Positions 1 through 14,457 are shown, counted from the first letter of the stretch. The stretch is 64,000 nt of DNA from Octopus vulgaris (GCA_951406725.2 OX597825.1:3658001-3722000); one strand, 5' to 3'. Numbers and translations: made by a program. The notes: generated from the sequence alone by a model not told the origin.

Positions 1-644
1 TTCGTTAACAATACTGTCGCCTGGTCATACTCGCGTTACATCTAATATTTCTAATAAAAATAATTAAATGTAACTATGTTAATATTCTTCAATTTTTTTT
101 TTTAAGCACAACGGCTGAAAGTGTACAGCAATCTACAAGCACACGTAGAAAATATGAGGTCAAGATTAAAACATAGGATAAAAACTAAGAGGGTAATTGA
201 AATGCATTTTGCAATATATAAATTAAATGAATTGCATATGAAGACAAAACTTCCATGGATACAATTTATATAATATTCCTTTTAATTTTGACAGAAGCCC
301 AGTTATTTTTCAGAGGTGGATAAACGAAATCTGGGTGAATGTGGCAAAACAGGTCCCAGTGAACAAGTTTATTCTAGCCATGCACCTGTAGTTTGAAGGA
401 GGATAGGATGATATGGAGGGATCGCCCTGTCTTCATTGGCAACGACTCGCTATGGTAGGCAGGGTGACCGCCGTTTTGTGAGGATCCGACGAGCAGCGTT
501 ACGGAGACTCCATCAATTGCGGAATTATTAGGATAAGTTTATATAATGACCCATTTTTTAAAATTTTGACACGCTTTTTATGTATCCCCACATTGTAGTG
601 CCCTGTAACCTTAGCTTTTTTTAAACCCCTAGTGATTATAGAAA

Positions 645-1385
645 AATTATCATTTTATCGTCTTTGCACAGCTTCTAATGCTGGAGATTACTATGATGTC
701 ATATGTTCACTACCAGTGAACACCCCTCATATTTCGTACACTATTCGGAGGATTCGAGCGGTTCTAAGCACTGCTGTTTTCTGCAAGTGCTTCCTCCTTA
801 TTACAGCCCCTTTTTGTTTCATGTACCTGTGAAGGTTTTTACTCACTGTTCCCAGGACTCCGGCAATTATTGGCAGTACTACCACTATTTTCAGCGACCT
901 CAACTGTTTAACCTCCCAAGCTAACCTGTTATATCTATCGACTTTTCTTCCATATCGCATAACTTTTTGTCAGCTGGGCATGCTATATCTATGGTCCAGC
1001 ATCGTTTGCTTTCTTTCCCAATTAAGACTGTGTCTGGTTGCCTATTTTCAATCTTATGGTTGCACTGAATCATAAAATTCAATAGGGTCTTTGCATTATC
1101 ATTTTCGATGATTCCTCCTTATTTATATTCCTACCACGTTTTTGCTCTGCCAAGTCCATACTTGTTGCATCGTGTCCAATGGACAATCATTGCTATATTG
1201 ACATGACGTTTCTTATATTCTTTCTGGGCTAGTGGCGTACATTGACTGGTAATACGCCATACAATTTCACCAATTTGTCCACAAATTCTGGAATTATCAC
1301 TTTCTAATGTATTGTGTGTTGTGTATTTGTTGTACTTCTTCCTTAATGCTTTCTCTTGAGCAGCACCAATTAGAGCCTTCATTGA
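645..1385 (-). mobile_element. R4/Dong-like non-LTR retrotransposon, 5'-truncated, decayed 3' portion (zinc knuckle, RLE endonuclease, 3' UTR)
   Basis: Minus-strand translations give ALIGAAQEKALR...SRICGQIGEIVWRITSQCTPLAQKEYKKRH...IVHW (CCHC knuckle region), then NRQPDTVL...WTIDIACP and KVDRYNRLAWEV...PIIAGVLG...LQKTAVLRTARILR. These are typical R4/Dong C-terminal motifs, broken by stops and frameshifts. Confidence 0.9.
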
Positions 1386-3009
1386 TGCCATTGACACCAT
1401 GAATCCAGTGCTTGTCTTGTAGACCTTAAGCAATGAATGATCTCCAATCAACGATAACTCGGAATTTCTGTAAACCACCAACAGTAACAAAAATGCACAC
1501 ACGCACACTGTTTTTCGTACATAAAAGGCACAAAAAGAAAAACACGAACAGAAAAACAAGCATTTCTCACACATATGAAAAATTTCCTATTCGCACCGCC
1601 GAAGCAAACCATATTCACATACAGACTTATGATGTGTTCACATGTATCTCTACAAAACTAAGCATATTTATATATTTGAAAGCACAGAACTATTGGTACA
1701 TGCGCGTGTCGATATTCTATGTGCGGAACATACTCTCAGCTTTCTTTTAGTATAATAACTTTGTATCTGTTTTATGAATTAGCGTAGCAAGATTCCTGAT
1801 GTGAAGCTGTGTGTTAAAATAGATGGTTTTTTAAATATATATTTCAGGATGGTCATACTGTTGGATTAAACGGAATAGGTGGTTACACGTGAAAGAGTAG
1901 GGCCTCTAAGAGGTTACAGACATGTAACGAAAGGCTTTAAGATAATAAACGAACAGTAATATACGAGTGAAGAACGAATGTATAGTGCATGTGTTTATTT
2001 GACTAAATATATAAAATGGATGGCCATCCCCAAATATAACAATATATTTTTTATTGTGAACAGAATATCATGCATGCACTCGCATCCCTCTTTCCGTCTG
2101 AGAATACACATATGGATGACAAATAACAATATATACTTAGACAACCTAGAATCGATATAATTTTACCTTATAGTTTCTTTATAAACAGTCTCTTGTTTCT
2201 CTTGCATCTTATTCATGAATTATCACTGTTGAAAACCTCAATCAACATTTGATTCTTCAAACAACTTGAATTTAAATAATTCTTTCTTATATGTTCAGTC
2301 TTACTTATTTAATTATACACTGTTTTTCATACTGCCTCATGCGGCAACTCATTAACTCCGGTTTGAGTTTATAATTTAGAATACTGTAGTTTATAAAATA
2401 AACATATGGAACAGAACATTCCAACTATCAAGAAAATTAAGGAAATTCGCGCAGAAAATATTGTCAAATGCAGAATGGAAAAGAACAGACTTTTATCAAT
2501 TACAATGATAAACAGCAAAAAAAATTAATAAATAAAACAAAAGAAAAAGAATATTATACCTGTATATACATAGGCTTGGAATTTTAAAATTGGCTGGAAC
2601 CCGCCATCTAGTGAGAAAACTGCGCTTCATAAACTGCGACTATCTCTCATTCCTTCCAGTTCTTAAAAACAATTTGACATCTATTGCAGAATTCTACTTT
2701 CACCAAAAAAATTTTAATTGTACAAGTATCTGCCATGGTTCTTGTTATTAACATTTGCTCGGAATCTCGTGTTATTGCTTTTGTTGTAGATCTTTACTCA
2801 AATCCTCACCTAGATTTCCCTAAGACACGCAACTATCGTCTGAAAAAATGAAATGAGACCTGTAAACATTTGATTGTTACAAGTTAGTAAATACTTGCAC
2901 TAAACGGGTGCATCAGTGTATTTATTTTTTGCGTTTTCTCTGGATGTTCAAACTGTTAAAATGTAATTCAAACCTTTTTGCATCGTGACTGTTTTTATTG
3001 AATATCAAC

Positions 3010-3283
3010 CGGACCTGAATGAAGTAAGATTCGCAGGACTCCATTGCCGTCAATAGATGATACTAGGAGCTGTGCAGGATAAGACACCTACCATTTCTAG
3101 TGATGGTATCCAAAAGTAAGTAAAAGACCTATACCGTTTCGCGCCAGTTCATTTCTACAGATGAGTGTACATGAAATAAAGTGTCTTACTCAAGAAAATT
3201 TTGCATTGACTAGTCCAGGAATCGAACTCACTCTCTCATGTTTGTAAACCCAACACACTAACTACTGAGTCATGTGCCTTCAC
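3010..3283 (-). mobile_element. tRNA-derived SINE, decayed (family A)
   Basis: The reverse complement of ~3180-3283 reads GAAGGCACATGACTCAGTAGTTAGTGTGTTGG...GAGTTCGATTCCTGGAC...CTTGAGTAAGACAC, with A-box and B-box. It is homologous to the copy at 14845-15128. The 3' boundary is approximate. Confidence 0.7.
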
Positions 3284-4369
3284 ATCTTTGTCAAATTTAT
3301 GGTTTTACATGTCACTGTTCGTAGACTACAAAATTACATATCTGTCTGTAATTTTGGGAATTCCAAATTTCTTTGGTGTGTTTCATTAGAGGTTTTTTTG
3401 TGAAAGCAGGTTTTAAATTTATTCGTGGCTTAAATATTTATGAAGTGCTATCTGTAAAACTCTAGCGTTAAATGAATTCTCGTTGTTTTGTTTATCACTA
3501 ATCGTAAATTTCTGATTGTGCCGTGGTTAATTTAGTTTGGAATTAAAGAATAAAAATATATAAAGTGCGGTAGGCCAATGAAGTGCTTTAGCTTCTGGCC
3601 ATTATGTATTTGTATGATTCAGGTGAGCGAGAGTTCCCGCTTAGATTTCCATTGCATCAGCAGAGTTTATACCAGGTTTTCTTTTGTATATGTCACTAAA
3701 TTACATCGAGTTGATTCATGACGTAACGGCAATATGTTTCCCGGACGCAAGTTTCAGACACCAGCCATCGATGCTTTCCAACCACAAAGTATCCTCGCTC
3801 TCCTCACTCAGCAACTCCAGTAAGTACTTAGGTCTTAGCGAATACACTTTTCTTAATATTTTAATATATATTCAAAAGCTACAAAATTCAGAATTTTCAA
3901 CAAAGTATAAAGAAGTAAAAACTGAATTCACTCTTTACTGTTGTCCACGGACAGCAAAAGAGAAATCTAAAGTCGAAATCCGGAAAAAATTGAAAGTATT
4001 TTAGAAATTTTGCCGTTGTAGTGTACAGAGAAATAGTAAAAGAATAGCTATATTATATAGGGGATTTATACAAGGGCACATTTTTATGTTGGGTGCATTT
4101 TTCCTAATTATATGACACCCACTAATTGAGACAATTTTCAAATATCATTATCAGACACCAGAAGAAAAACGGAGAATCAATCGTCATGGATCTCAAGAGA
4201 CACGGATATTCTACCGAAATTTACAAATATTAAGTTCAATAATATATCAGCATAATATGGGGGGGGGAGGAAAAATTGTTAGGGTGATTTATTTATATCT
4301 TGACCGGTCAGTTTTTCTTAGAATATATTTAGTATGTTAGCGTATGTGTAGAAGATCTAAAATAATGAA

Positions 4370-4960
4370 ACGTGTAGCTCTGATGGGATACCCAATGGCA
4401 GGAAGGTAGATTCTATAAATTTATCGAAAAGGTGAATTAAGATAGATATGAGATAATACTAAGAAGGAAATGAACAAGTTTCATGTTATATTGAGTCGTT
4501 ATGTAAAGGAACAACAAATTCATTTGGTAGCTGGATAGGTAATTTTGAGCTTCCATGAAAGATCCAGTCAGGGTGGATTATTTAAATTGAATGATATCAT
4601 TCCATCTTAATGTATTTAATATTCTGTGACGTTAGACTGAAGATAACGACGTAATAAATATTAAAAGTATCATGATATATTTACGAGCTGAAAGAAATGT
4701 AAATCGAAGAATAACGTTAGATGGATAAGTTTACGTGAAAAATAAATATATTTAAAGAAAGAGAGGATATGAAACCTGCGAATAATGTATGCTCAATACA
4801 ATGTAGCTGAGAGATAATAGATTGCACGGGAACGTATGTAGAAGTGTAATTAGGAATAAGAAATATTAGGTAACATGGATGTCAGATAACACTGATAGCA
4901 TGATTAGTTACGTTAAGAAAATACGTGTATTTTCTACAGGAACGGCTTTTACAGGGTTGA
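4370..4960 (+). mobile_element. possible highly decayed Penelope-like reverse transcriptase remnant
   Basis: Scattered frames resemble PLE RT motifs in the right order: VALMGYPMA (cf. AMGSP), KFHVILSRY..QIH and KIRVF-YRNGF (cf. NGYP). Very degenerate. Confidence 0.25.
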
Positions 4961-5201
4961 AAGAAATAATAAAATAACAGCAATCAGAAATGAAAATATA
5001 ATTATTGGACACATATTAGTCGAGAATACCGACGTGGTTTGGCGGTTTGTTTTTAAGGATTTAAAGAAAACAAGTAAATAATTGCCAGATAAACTTACAT
5101 TCTAACAAAGCAACATCAAAATTAAATTTTTGCACGAATATAACAAACAGTCTGAAGAAACTAAATAATGCCCTATGTAATGTATATAAATGAACAAATG
5201 A

Positions 5202-5205
<4 letters not shown>

Positions 5206-5294
<89 letters not shown>

Positions 5295-5295
5295 T
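5206..5295. repeat. (TA)n followed by (TATG)n microsatellite
   Basis: Directly visible. Confidence 0.95.
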
Positions 5296-5907
5296 AATTC
5301 AATTTTGTGGATTAATCGATATGCAGGTATTCTATTTCAGATAAAACAAAAATAACGAAATGAGTATATGTGACTGTAAACTCATGGTATCAGTTTGCAC
5401 AACACGGAATTATACTTAAAGGACATATCCAAAATTCCCAGCAGGGTGTATAATATGAAGGAGCTACACGTGTTTCAGTATTAGACGGTTACAATTTATA
5501 CACGTATAGACAACTGTATACTCACATATATACATATATAAATACATATATGCAATCGTCAGATTTACAATTATTCCAACACATTTTCAAGTTCAATTTC
5601 GACATATTATATATCTAATTTTACATCCCTTTAAAAATAAGCACTACAATTAAGCATTAAAAATTCAGAATTAAGGATAAAAATGATACTTTTTAATATT
5701 ACGAATTAAAATTAAATATAAATATGAATTTGTATATATATCAATCTTGTAAAATCAAGTAAATGTCAAATACAGAATGTGAGATATAAGATTAAACATC
5801 AGAATAAAAATGTTTGTGTTTAAGTGTGATATATAACAAGAACACATATATTCAAACATATATATGTACAGTTATTTTCATTCTGATGAATGTTGAGCGA
5901 TCGCTAG

Positions 5908-7356
5908 GAAAATGAATGACGTATTGGAGGACGGACCTGAAAGCATATGGAAGAAGCTTAGGGACAGTCTAAATTAGGATGGGCATCTTCCAAGGGGTCT
6001 GCCTGTCCCCAGTGATCTTTGTACTGTGCGTGATACCATTAACACTGATTCTGAGGAAACAAAGGCTGCGTATGTATTCAAAAGCCGCCAACAAAAGGTC
6101 AATCATTTGTTTTTCATGGATGACCTCAAACTTTATAGTGAAGATGGAGCCCAAGTCAGTTCCCTCGCTGTTACGTTGTATACCTTTAGTGCTGATATCT
6201 GAATGGTGTGTTAGTATTGAAGAGAGGCAAAATCAAATGTATGGATGGGCTAACGATGTCGTCGGGGGAGGTTATGAAGCAGGTAGAAGAGACGGGATAT
6301 AAGTACTTGGGGATTTGGGAAATGGATAAACTAATGGGGAAAGAAATGAGAGAAATATTTAAGGTGGAGTACTTTCGCAGACTGAGACTGACAGAGTAAG
6401 ATAGAAGTTTTGAACACCTGGGTGTTTTCATTCCTTAGACATGGAGCATACGTAATGGCATGGACAGTAGACGAAGTAAACAGCTTAGAGAAAAAGATAA
6501 GGAGGTTGGTGACTAGATATGGGATACTTCACCCAAAAAGTGACACAGAGAGGGTGTATGTACCAAGAAAAGACGGTGGGGGAAATGATTGATTGGCTGC
6601 GATCACAGTACTAAAGCAGAAGAAAACAACATAGCATAGGTTGTTGAAGATAAGACAGACAGATAAAAAAGATGGATACGGAAGACGAAAAGTGTTTGAT
6701 AACCAGAAACGGTGGCTATGAACTGTGCTGCCTAGGAGCAGGCATTAAGAACCAATTACATCGAATGCAGAATAGACAACACATCAGTAACTGAAACTGG
6801 TGAAATCGTATGTCGTTACCAGTCAATGTACGCCACTAGCCTAGAAGGAACAGAACGGATGTCATGGCAATATAGCAAGGATTTCCATTGGGCACTTTGC
6901 AACAAGAATGGACTTGATAGAAAAAAATAGTGGTAAGAACATTAACCCGAATGCCTCATCGAAAAGGTTAAAGCAAAGATCCTATGGGGTTTTATGATTC
7001 GGTGCAGCCACGAGATAGAGAATAGGAAACCAGATATACTCTTAATTGAGACAGAAATCAAACGACACTGGACCATTGATACAGCATGCCTTGTTGAGAA
7101 GAAGGTATGCGATAAGGAAGAAAGAAAATTCGATAGATATGACAGGTTAACTTGGGAAGTTAAGAAGTGACGCTTCCTGAAGAAGGTGGTGGTAGGAATA
7201 ATAATTACTGGAGCCCTGCGAACAATGAGTGAAAATCTTGAGAAGTACATGGGACAAATAGGGGCTGTAATAAGGATGGAGCACTTGAAGAAAACAGCAC
7301 TGATTGGAACAGCTCCAGATAGTGTTAAAAATATGGGGTTTTACCTTAGTTCACTG
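5908..7356 (+). mobile_element. R4/Dong-like non-LTR retrotransposon, 5'-truncated pseudogene (RT C-terminal half, knuckle, RLE)
   Basis: Motifs in order: GIFQGVCLSPVIFVLCVIPL, NHLFFMDDLKLY, YKYLGI, LHPKSDTERVYVPRKDGG, AA*EQALRTNY, NRKPDILLI...TIDTAC, IITGALRT...LKKTALIGTA. Many stops, frameshifts and internal deletions. It ends at a (GAT)n(AAT)n tract. Confidence 0.92.
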
Positions 7357-7496
<140 letters not shown>

Positions 7497-8035
7497 TGTA
7501 GAAGCACCCACATACGCAGCTCAGAAGCAAACGTTAAGGACCAGTTAAATGAAGTGAAGGATCGACAATAATACCGATAGGGACAAATGCCGAATATATG
7601 GTGAGAGGGCTGAGACGGTATGGCACATTGTTTGGAAATGCCTGAAATTCGCACAACAGGAATACAAAAAACGCCATGACGATGCAGCAAGAATAATCCA
7701 TTGGGAGACCTGCCTACAAAGAGCACAATCGTGGTATGAGCCAACTCCAGAAGCGTCACCGAAAATGAGAATAACAAAATCATGTGAGATGCAATGATCC
7801 AGTGCGATTACCCGATGAGACATCGGAGTCCGAACATTGTTGTGGTGAATAAACATTTAAAAAGCAGGTATGTTAATCGACATGGCATCCCCCAGGATGA
7901 CAATGTGTAAGATGACGAAAAAGTAAACGACTGTGACGATTTGAAGTGAGAAATTCGAAGATTGTGCTCCAAGAAGAAAGTAGATGTGATAGCAAAAGCA
8001 ATTGGTGGACTTGGAAGTAATCACCACTCAACTAC
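7497..8035 (+). mobile_element. second R4/Dong-like fragment (knuckle and RLE)
   Basis: VEAPTYAAQKQTLRT...DKCRIYGERAETVWHIVWKCLKFAQQEYKKRHDDAARIIHWE, then RSPNIVVV...LIDMASP and AIGGLGS. Confidence 0.88.
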
Positions 8036-9187
8036 GAACATGACGTGTTCTACGTGAGAAATTCCACCAGTATACGAAGTTTCAAACTGTTTAGTAAAAG
8101 AAAAAAATACTTTAAAAATATGTGTTAGAGATGGAATAGATCCAACAGAGGCGTGCACCAATCGCGTAATCTCATTGTTTAGGATTTGTTAAAGAATTTC
8201 ATTATGGTTTGAGAATGTTGTTTCTTTTTGACAAACATCTTACTTTTACGGTCTTTGACTCTGAGTTTTGTTAGTATTTTGCATACGAATAGAGCATCGT
8301 CCCTGCCGGCACCATTTGTTTTTGGCGCCGTTATTTCATTTTCTTCTTCAAATCTTATTGCTTCGTCTATTTTAAGTGTTACATATTTTCATGAATATTA
8401 GTTTTGTCTTTTTATAAAAATAAGAGTAAACATAATATATGTAACATCATTGACAAGACAAATTGCTGAAATGTTGCTTATCATTTTCTTCTGCATCATT
8501 CACTACTCATTTATTACTGCCATCAAATCTGCATATATTAGACTCTTTCTGACAAACTGTTTTATTGTGGGATCCACTATAAATCATATTGAAATGGACG
8601 CTTATTATGTCCATAGGCTTCGAAAATACAGTTATTTTAAGAGTTCTACCTCACAAATACAACTGTTTTACTGATGCTTTTGTATATTTTATGTCCAAAT
8701 GAATATATACTAAAGTCTGTTCTGTGTATAATTAAAATTAAAAATCTGAATGTGTCTACACGAATGAACCGAATAATTATCACATTCAAATATCGTTTAA
8801 CGCTTTTGATGTTCACATCTGTTTAATTTGCTGATTTCAACCCACAAATAAATTTTATTTCTATGTAATTCGAACACAATGTAAGATGCAAAAGGATACG
8901 GGAGCCTGTAAATTATTTGAAGGCATTCATGATACATCCGGCCATATGCCAAATAACGTTGCAATATATATCTCTTTACTAATTCTATATCAAATGAAAT
9001 GCATTTATTGAAACGGATTTAAGCTTTCGTCCGAGTTACGATTTTAATTTTAGTACTAAGTATATAATGGATGAGTAATGCCTTTCGATAGAAATTCCTA
9101 CTTAGTAACTGTACAGAACCGTAAACATATGTCTGTTAAACGTATGTTTCACATAATCTTATGCAGACTACATCTCTACAATATTCA

Positions 9188-9262
9188 TTTCTAATCTAGG
9201 CACAATGCCCGCAATCTTTAGGACGGCGGAGGGGCAGTCAACATGATCGACACCAGTACACA
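9188..9262 (-). mobile_element. SINE 3' tail fragment (family B)
   Basis: ggcacaatgcccgcaatctt...cagtcaacatgatcgacaccagtac resembles the reverse complement of the tails at 17270-17330 and 18185-18250. Confidence 0.5.
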
Positions 9263-9264
9263 GG

Positions 9265-9420
9265 GACAACGGAAGAAGGGGAATATTCTTTATGTTGAAT
9301 GTCTCGTTCCTCCGTTTGATTTTTTTCGTTGTTCGAAAACAAAGTTCGTTTCTATGTTTTTTTATTTATGTTTTCGTTACTCATTGTGTTCAACGTTCTT
9401 TTGATGTCCTGTGCTCATAT
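9265..9420. repeat. interspersed repeat fragment, possibly Penelope-derived, abutting a TA-rich tract
   Basis: gaagaaggggaatattctttatgttgaatgtctc matches the reverse complement of ~45418-45452, so the family occurs at least twice in the window. The PLE assignment is inference. Confidence 0.35.
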
Positions 9421-9974
9421 ATGCATATATATACATATATGTATGTATATATGCATATAATTATATATATATTATATATATATATATATATATGAACATG
9501 CATATATTACTCAAAAACAATCAATGGACATAACGCAAAACGGTGCCGGATTTTCTTTAATGAAGCGACTGTGTCAATTGATTTGTTTGATTATTGGGTG
9601 TCACTTTTAAACCATAAACTAATTTAGATAAGTGAATTTGAACTGTTTATATGATCTTTTAGTTTCTCATTGTCACCTCTAGATGACACTTTCTGTTCCT
9701 CTTATTTATACACAGTAAAATAAGATGAATCAATATAAATAATGTTTCTTTTGTCCGAGTTGATATATATATATATATATGAGAGAGAGAAAATATCATT
9801 TCATGTAAGGAGCTGTTAATATTTTCTTATTTAAAGAAGCTGATCTAAGGCAGTTTTTTTATAATACACTGAACAGTCTCAGGTTCCGACCTCATAGTGT
9901 ATTCTATTTGCGAATGAATATTTTAGGAAAATAAAAGGCGCATAATGTAGATACAAAACGCGCTAGGCTGTAAA

Positions 9975-10005
<31 letters not shown>

Positions 10006-10197
10006 CATACATGCATACATACATATATACATACATACATACATACATGCATACATACCTACATACCTACATACATACATGCATACATACATACATACAT
10101 ACATACATACATACATACATACATACATGCATACCTACATACATACACACATTCATACATACATACATACATACATACATACATACATACATACATG
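9975..10197. repeat. (TACA)n tetranucleotide microsatellite, imperfect
   Basis: Directly visible. Confidence 0.95.
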
Positions 10198-13100
10198 TAA
10201 ACAGTGTCGTTTTAAACACGATGCGTTACCAGGAATTTACCTGGACGAAATACCGCACCCAATGAGCGCTCTATTTCGCTAAATTGTGCATGTGTTTATG
10301 TGTGTATATGTGTGTACGCGCGTACGGCTCTATACATGTTATGCTACATAAATGTACATATAAATATATATATATATATATATATAGTGCTAGCTATATA
10401 TATATCAATATCTACTATGGATACATATGTATATATGTAAGGACTACCTGCTTTATAGATGAACAATCTTTCCTTTTCCAATCAGTTTATGGCACTTACA
10501 TTTTAAATTGTCTTAAGCTAACCTTTCTGTTAATATTTTGAAACAGTAATCAATAAATATAAGCTTGATATATTGAAAACGCGAGTACAAGTCATATTCT
10601 TTGAAACATTCTTTTCGTTTATACTCTTTCTGTCATTCATACCATTCTGCTATCTACCGTAAATCTTTTCAGCGTAAATTTTGAAAAAGAATTTTTTTTT
10701 TATCTGAAAATAAATCACTTGTGACTGATAAAGTGAAATTTGTAATTATCCAAAATTCGTAGCAAAAGAATTTATTGCGTTTATTGAAAACCATTTTATG
10801 ATTTGACTTAATGGAATGTTATTCGCAAATTGCAATACCTTGGCTTTTGGTCATATGTTGTAATATTTGATATATTGTATCTACGATTGTGTATGATATC
10901 TAGGAGTAGGATTACTTAGAGAATAACATTAATGGTATAGGTAATTGTTTTCATTCCACCTCTAATATCTTAATTCACAGATTACACTATTTGAGACATG
11001 TCATATTAATGCAGTTATCTAAAATAACCAATTAGATTATGACATATGTAGTTATATATGTACATGCCTATGAATCTATGCGTTTATAATGCTAGTCGCG
11101 TGTTCACGATGTGCATGACATATGTGTATATACTTTTAACGAAGAGAAGGCATATTTTTAAATATCCAAACAATAACTTATACCAAAGTAAAATGTGAGG
11201 AAAATGATATATCGATGAAATTGCTTAATTGAATCGAATAGAAATTAATTTAGAATATTAATGCATTATGTAAAGCGTGTAAAATAATAAAACACTTTTC
11301 AACACAGTTTAGCTTCAAAAATGTAATAATATTATTCTAGACTACCGCAGTGGTTGCGTATTTACTTTATTAGCATGCATAATTAAGAATTACCTTCCGT
11401 GATTGTATCAATATTTTTAAGAAATTGTTTGTTTATCAGTGAGGATACATTGCTCGGCTAAATCCATGTAATAAGCATGGTATTCAGTAAATTTCTTTTC
11501 TTTAGAAATAGACAGCTACATTTCGTAAACGTATACATTCTACAGGATTTGATCTGATACGATCTGGTGCATACACGGCAAAATATATCTCAGACAACAT
11601 ACACCGTTTACATTTCTAATGGGTCTTTTATATAATCAAAAGAAAACTCTTAAATAATCTCAGTTCCTAGAAATTATACAGCTACAACATTTTATGTAGA
11701 AATAGTTACCATATCTGATTAAAAGGATTGAGGTCTCTTATGATCGTTTGATTGTTTTTAGCGAAGATATTTCTGCTTGAAACAAACATTTTGGAATATG
11801 TTTCCTCTCCTAAGTTTACTCGATATTATCAGCAACACAGAAAACTCAGAGTTTTCTTTATTTTTATGTAACCACGTTATTGACCAATTCTGCAAAGGGC
11901 CACAGCCTTTGCCTGTCTTCTTTTGTCAATAGTCTCACAAAAAATATGAATTTTCGTTTAATTTCACTGAATGCATATCATTATTCCGAACACTGTTACA
12001 TGTGTCAAGTATTTCGTGTTAGCTCTCTCATGTAAGGTGGAATGGCACATGTTTTGATGTGGTGTAATGAAATTGCAAAAGGAACCACCAGCACGGCGCC
12101 TTTCCGTGGAATTAAACTACTGAATTCAAAACGATTTATAAAATATTCTCTTTTGAAAGTTAATTATAGTTAATCGTTCGATTAATTTGAAATATAATAT
12201 AGAAGCCTTATAGATAAAGTCTTACATAAATCTTCAAAATGATTTTATATCGTAAGAAACATTTTACCCAAGCCTCTTAAGTTTATGATATTAACTGAAT
12301 TTTTTAAAAGAAAAAGCAAGCATTTTCACGTGATATTCAGCAACAAAATGCCTTTCAAAGACCTTTTCATAAACATCAAGCTGAATAAGAAAATAATTAA
12401 ATCGATGTTAACGAAATTACTAATTTCAGCCGAGAATTTATCTTAATTAAAATCTATTTCTCCGTATCAAAGTAGTTATTATCTGTAGTAAGACATGGAG
12501 TATTATTTTTATAACTTTTATTTGATTTAATTTTCACTCGTCACATGGAGAAAATAACCTCATAAATTCAGTTTTTAATTGCATTAAGAAGCAATTACTT
12601 GCCGGATTTCAAGTTGCATCATGCTTACCCTGCCATTCTCTTCAGCATATTAAAAAGAATTTTTCTTTTATTTTCTAATATGTTTAGAGCTGGTTAAATA
12701 TTAAATGTGTGTATTTTGCTTCGTAAGAGTGCGTTCTTCAATCACATTGCGTCTGCTTGTATTCACACACACACTCGTATAATATGTTTTTATACGGGAG
12801 AGTCTATTCATATTTCTCTATAACTATGTGTGTGCACACATACATAGCTATTCGATTTACTTCAAGCAGTGATCTGTATTCTTACACGAAACAAGCTCAG
12901 ATATTATCTTTTGATTTGATTTAGTCGGTAATTCTTTATTATCTCAAACATAAAGTGAAGTGTTGGTAGCGGTGGCTGTGAACATAACTGATAAACGGCC
13001 TCCAGTCATAATATGGTGTAAAGATTGATGTGAACAACGAAGGTTAATTCAAGAAAGATTTTTATTCTCAATATACCGACTGCCAAGAGTTTAACCACAT

Positions 13101-13424
13101 TAACGATATACGTCAAATGAATATGAATTGAAGAGTAACCATAACTTTATTTGTTTGCAATCGTTTGGACAATATCATTGAGAAAAAAATATATACATAA
13201 AAATCTCTGCAAAACGCAAAAGCTATACAAAATGAAGATCTCTGCAGGAAATTACGGGGCTAGTTTGACGGTAATGGTAATTGATGTAATAACAAACATG
13301 TCCTCTATGTGACACTTGATCGCAATTATTGTATGGGAGAAGTGGTGGCGATTGGGAGGGGGGGGGGGGGCAATTTCTGTGGTAATGTTAATGAATTTAA
13401 CTATTGTGATAAAGTTTTTCAGTA

Positions 13425-13930
13425 AACATCATGATGGTGACCGATGATGTTGATGATGATGGTAATCGTGGTGGTGATGGCGTTGGTGGTGTTGGTAGTG
13501 GTGGTGGTGCCGTGATGGCTTCGGTTAGGATGATGATAGTACTGGTGTTTGTGATGATAGTGGTGGCGATGGTAGTGGTGCTGGTACTCGTGAAGTGATG
13601 ATGATAAAGAAGAAGAAGAAGAAGAAGAATAAGAAGAAGAAGAAGAAGGAGAAGGAGGAGGAGAAGAAGAAGACGACAAAAACAACAATATCAACAGCAA
13701 CAACAACAGCAAGAAGAAGAAGAAGAAGAAGAAGGAGAAGGAGGAGGAGAAGAAGAAGAAGACGACGAAAAACAACAATATCAACAGCAACAACAACAGC
13801 AAGAAGAAGAAGAAGAAGAAGAAGAAGAAGAAGAAGAAGAAGAAGAAGAAGAAGAAGAAGAAGAAGAAGAAGAAGAAGACGATGACGACGATGATGGTGA
13901 TGATGATGATCGGTTTGAAGACGATGATGG
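13425..13930. repeat. compound trinucleotide array (GGT/GAT, GAA/GGA, AAC, GAA, GAC/GAT) containing a 90-bp tandem duplication
   Basis: Directly visible. aacaacaatatcaacagcaacaacaacagc occurs at both 13681 and 13771. Confidence 0.95.
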
Positions 13931-14457
13931 GTGTGCATTTAATGTAAAGCACGCATACTGGTAATTATTAAAAACTTAAAGTTTCAAAACAATAGCTTCG
14001 ATATTGAATGTAATGGATGTGTGACTGTTGTGTGTTAAATTTAGGAAAATAGGCTTCGTATTACAAATTTAGTTGTAATGAAGTGAAAATGTTCGCTGAG
14101 TGCGTATTTCTAGTTTTGCGGCGAGCGAGTAATGCGTAGCGCCGCGAACACCGATTCGTATTTCCAGACTCAATATAGGACAAAAACGATATATTTATTT
14201 GATTTCTAACATCGGTATGATTTTGCTGTAAATCAAAGCAGATATCTTCTAAGCCTCATTCTATGTGAGTCAATCCTGGTAATATGAATATTTTGCAGTC
14301 ATAAGATAACTCTTCATAACATTAGTGTTAACAAATTCTATCGCACTGTCTAAAAAGAAAGAACACAATATTTAATTGTAAATTTCGATAATGAAGTACG
14401 TCTATAAATATATAAATATACATACATTCATACACAAACACACACACAGACATGTAT

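Noticed and set aside
1385-1475. Plus-strand DAIDTMNPVLVL resembling the RT motif AFDTVN
   Set aside because: Too short and interrupted by stops to assign.
5883-5912. CTGATGA...GAAA hammerhead core
   Set aside because: No stem II closing pair and no stem I or III pairing; likely a chance match.
13419-13952. Poly-F/L/S/H and poly-K/R ORFs
   Set aside because: Translations of a compound trinucleotide array.
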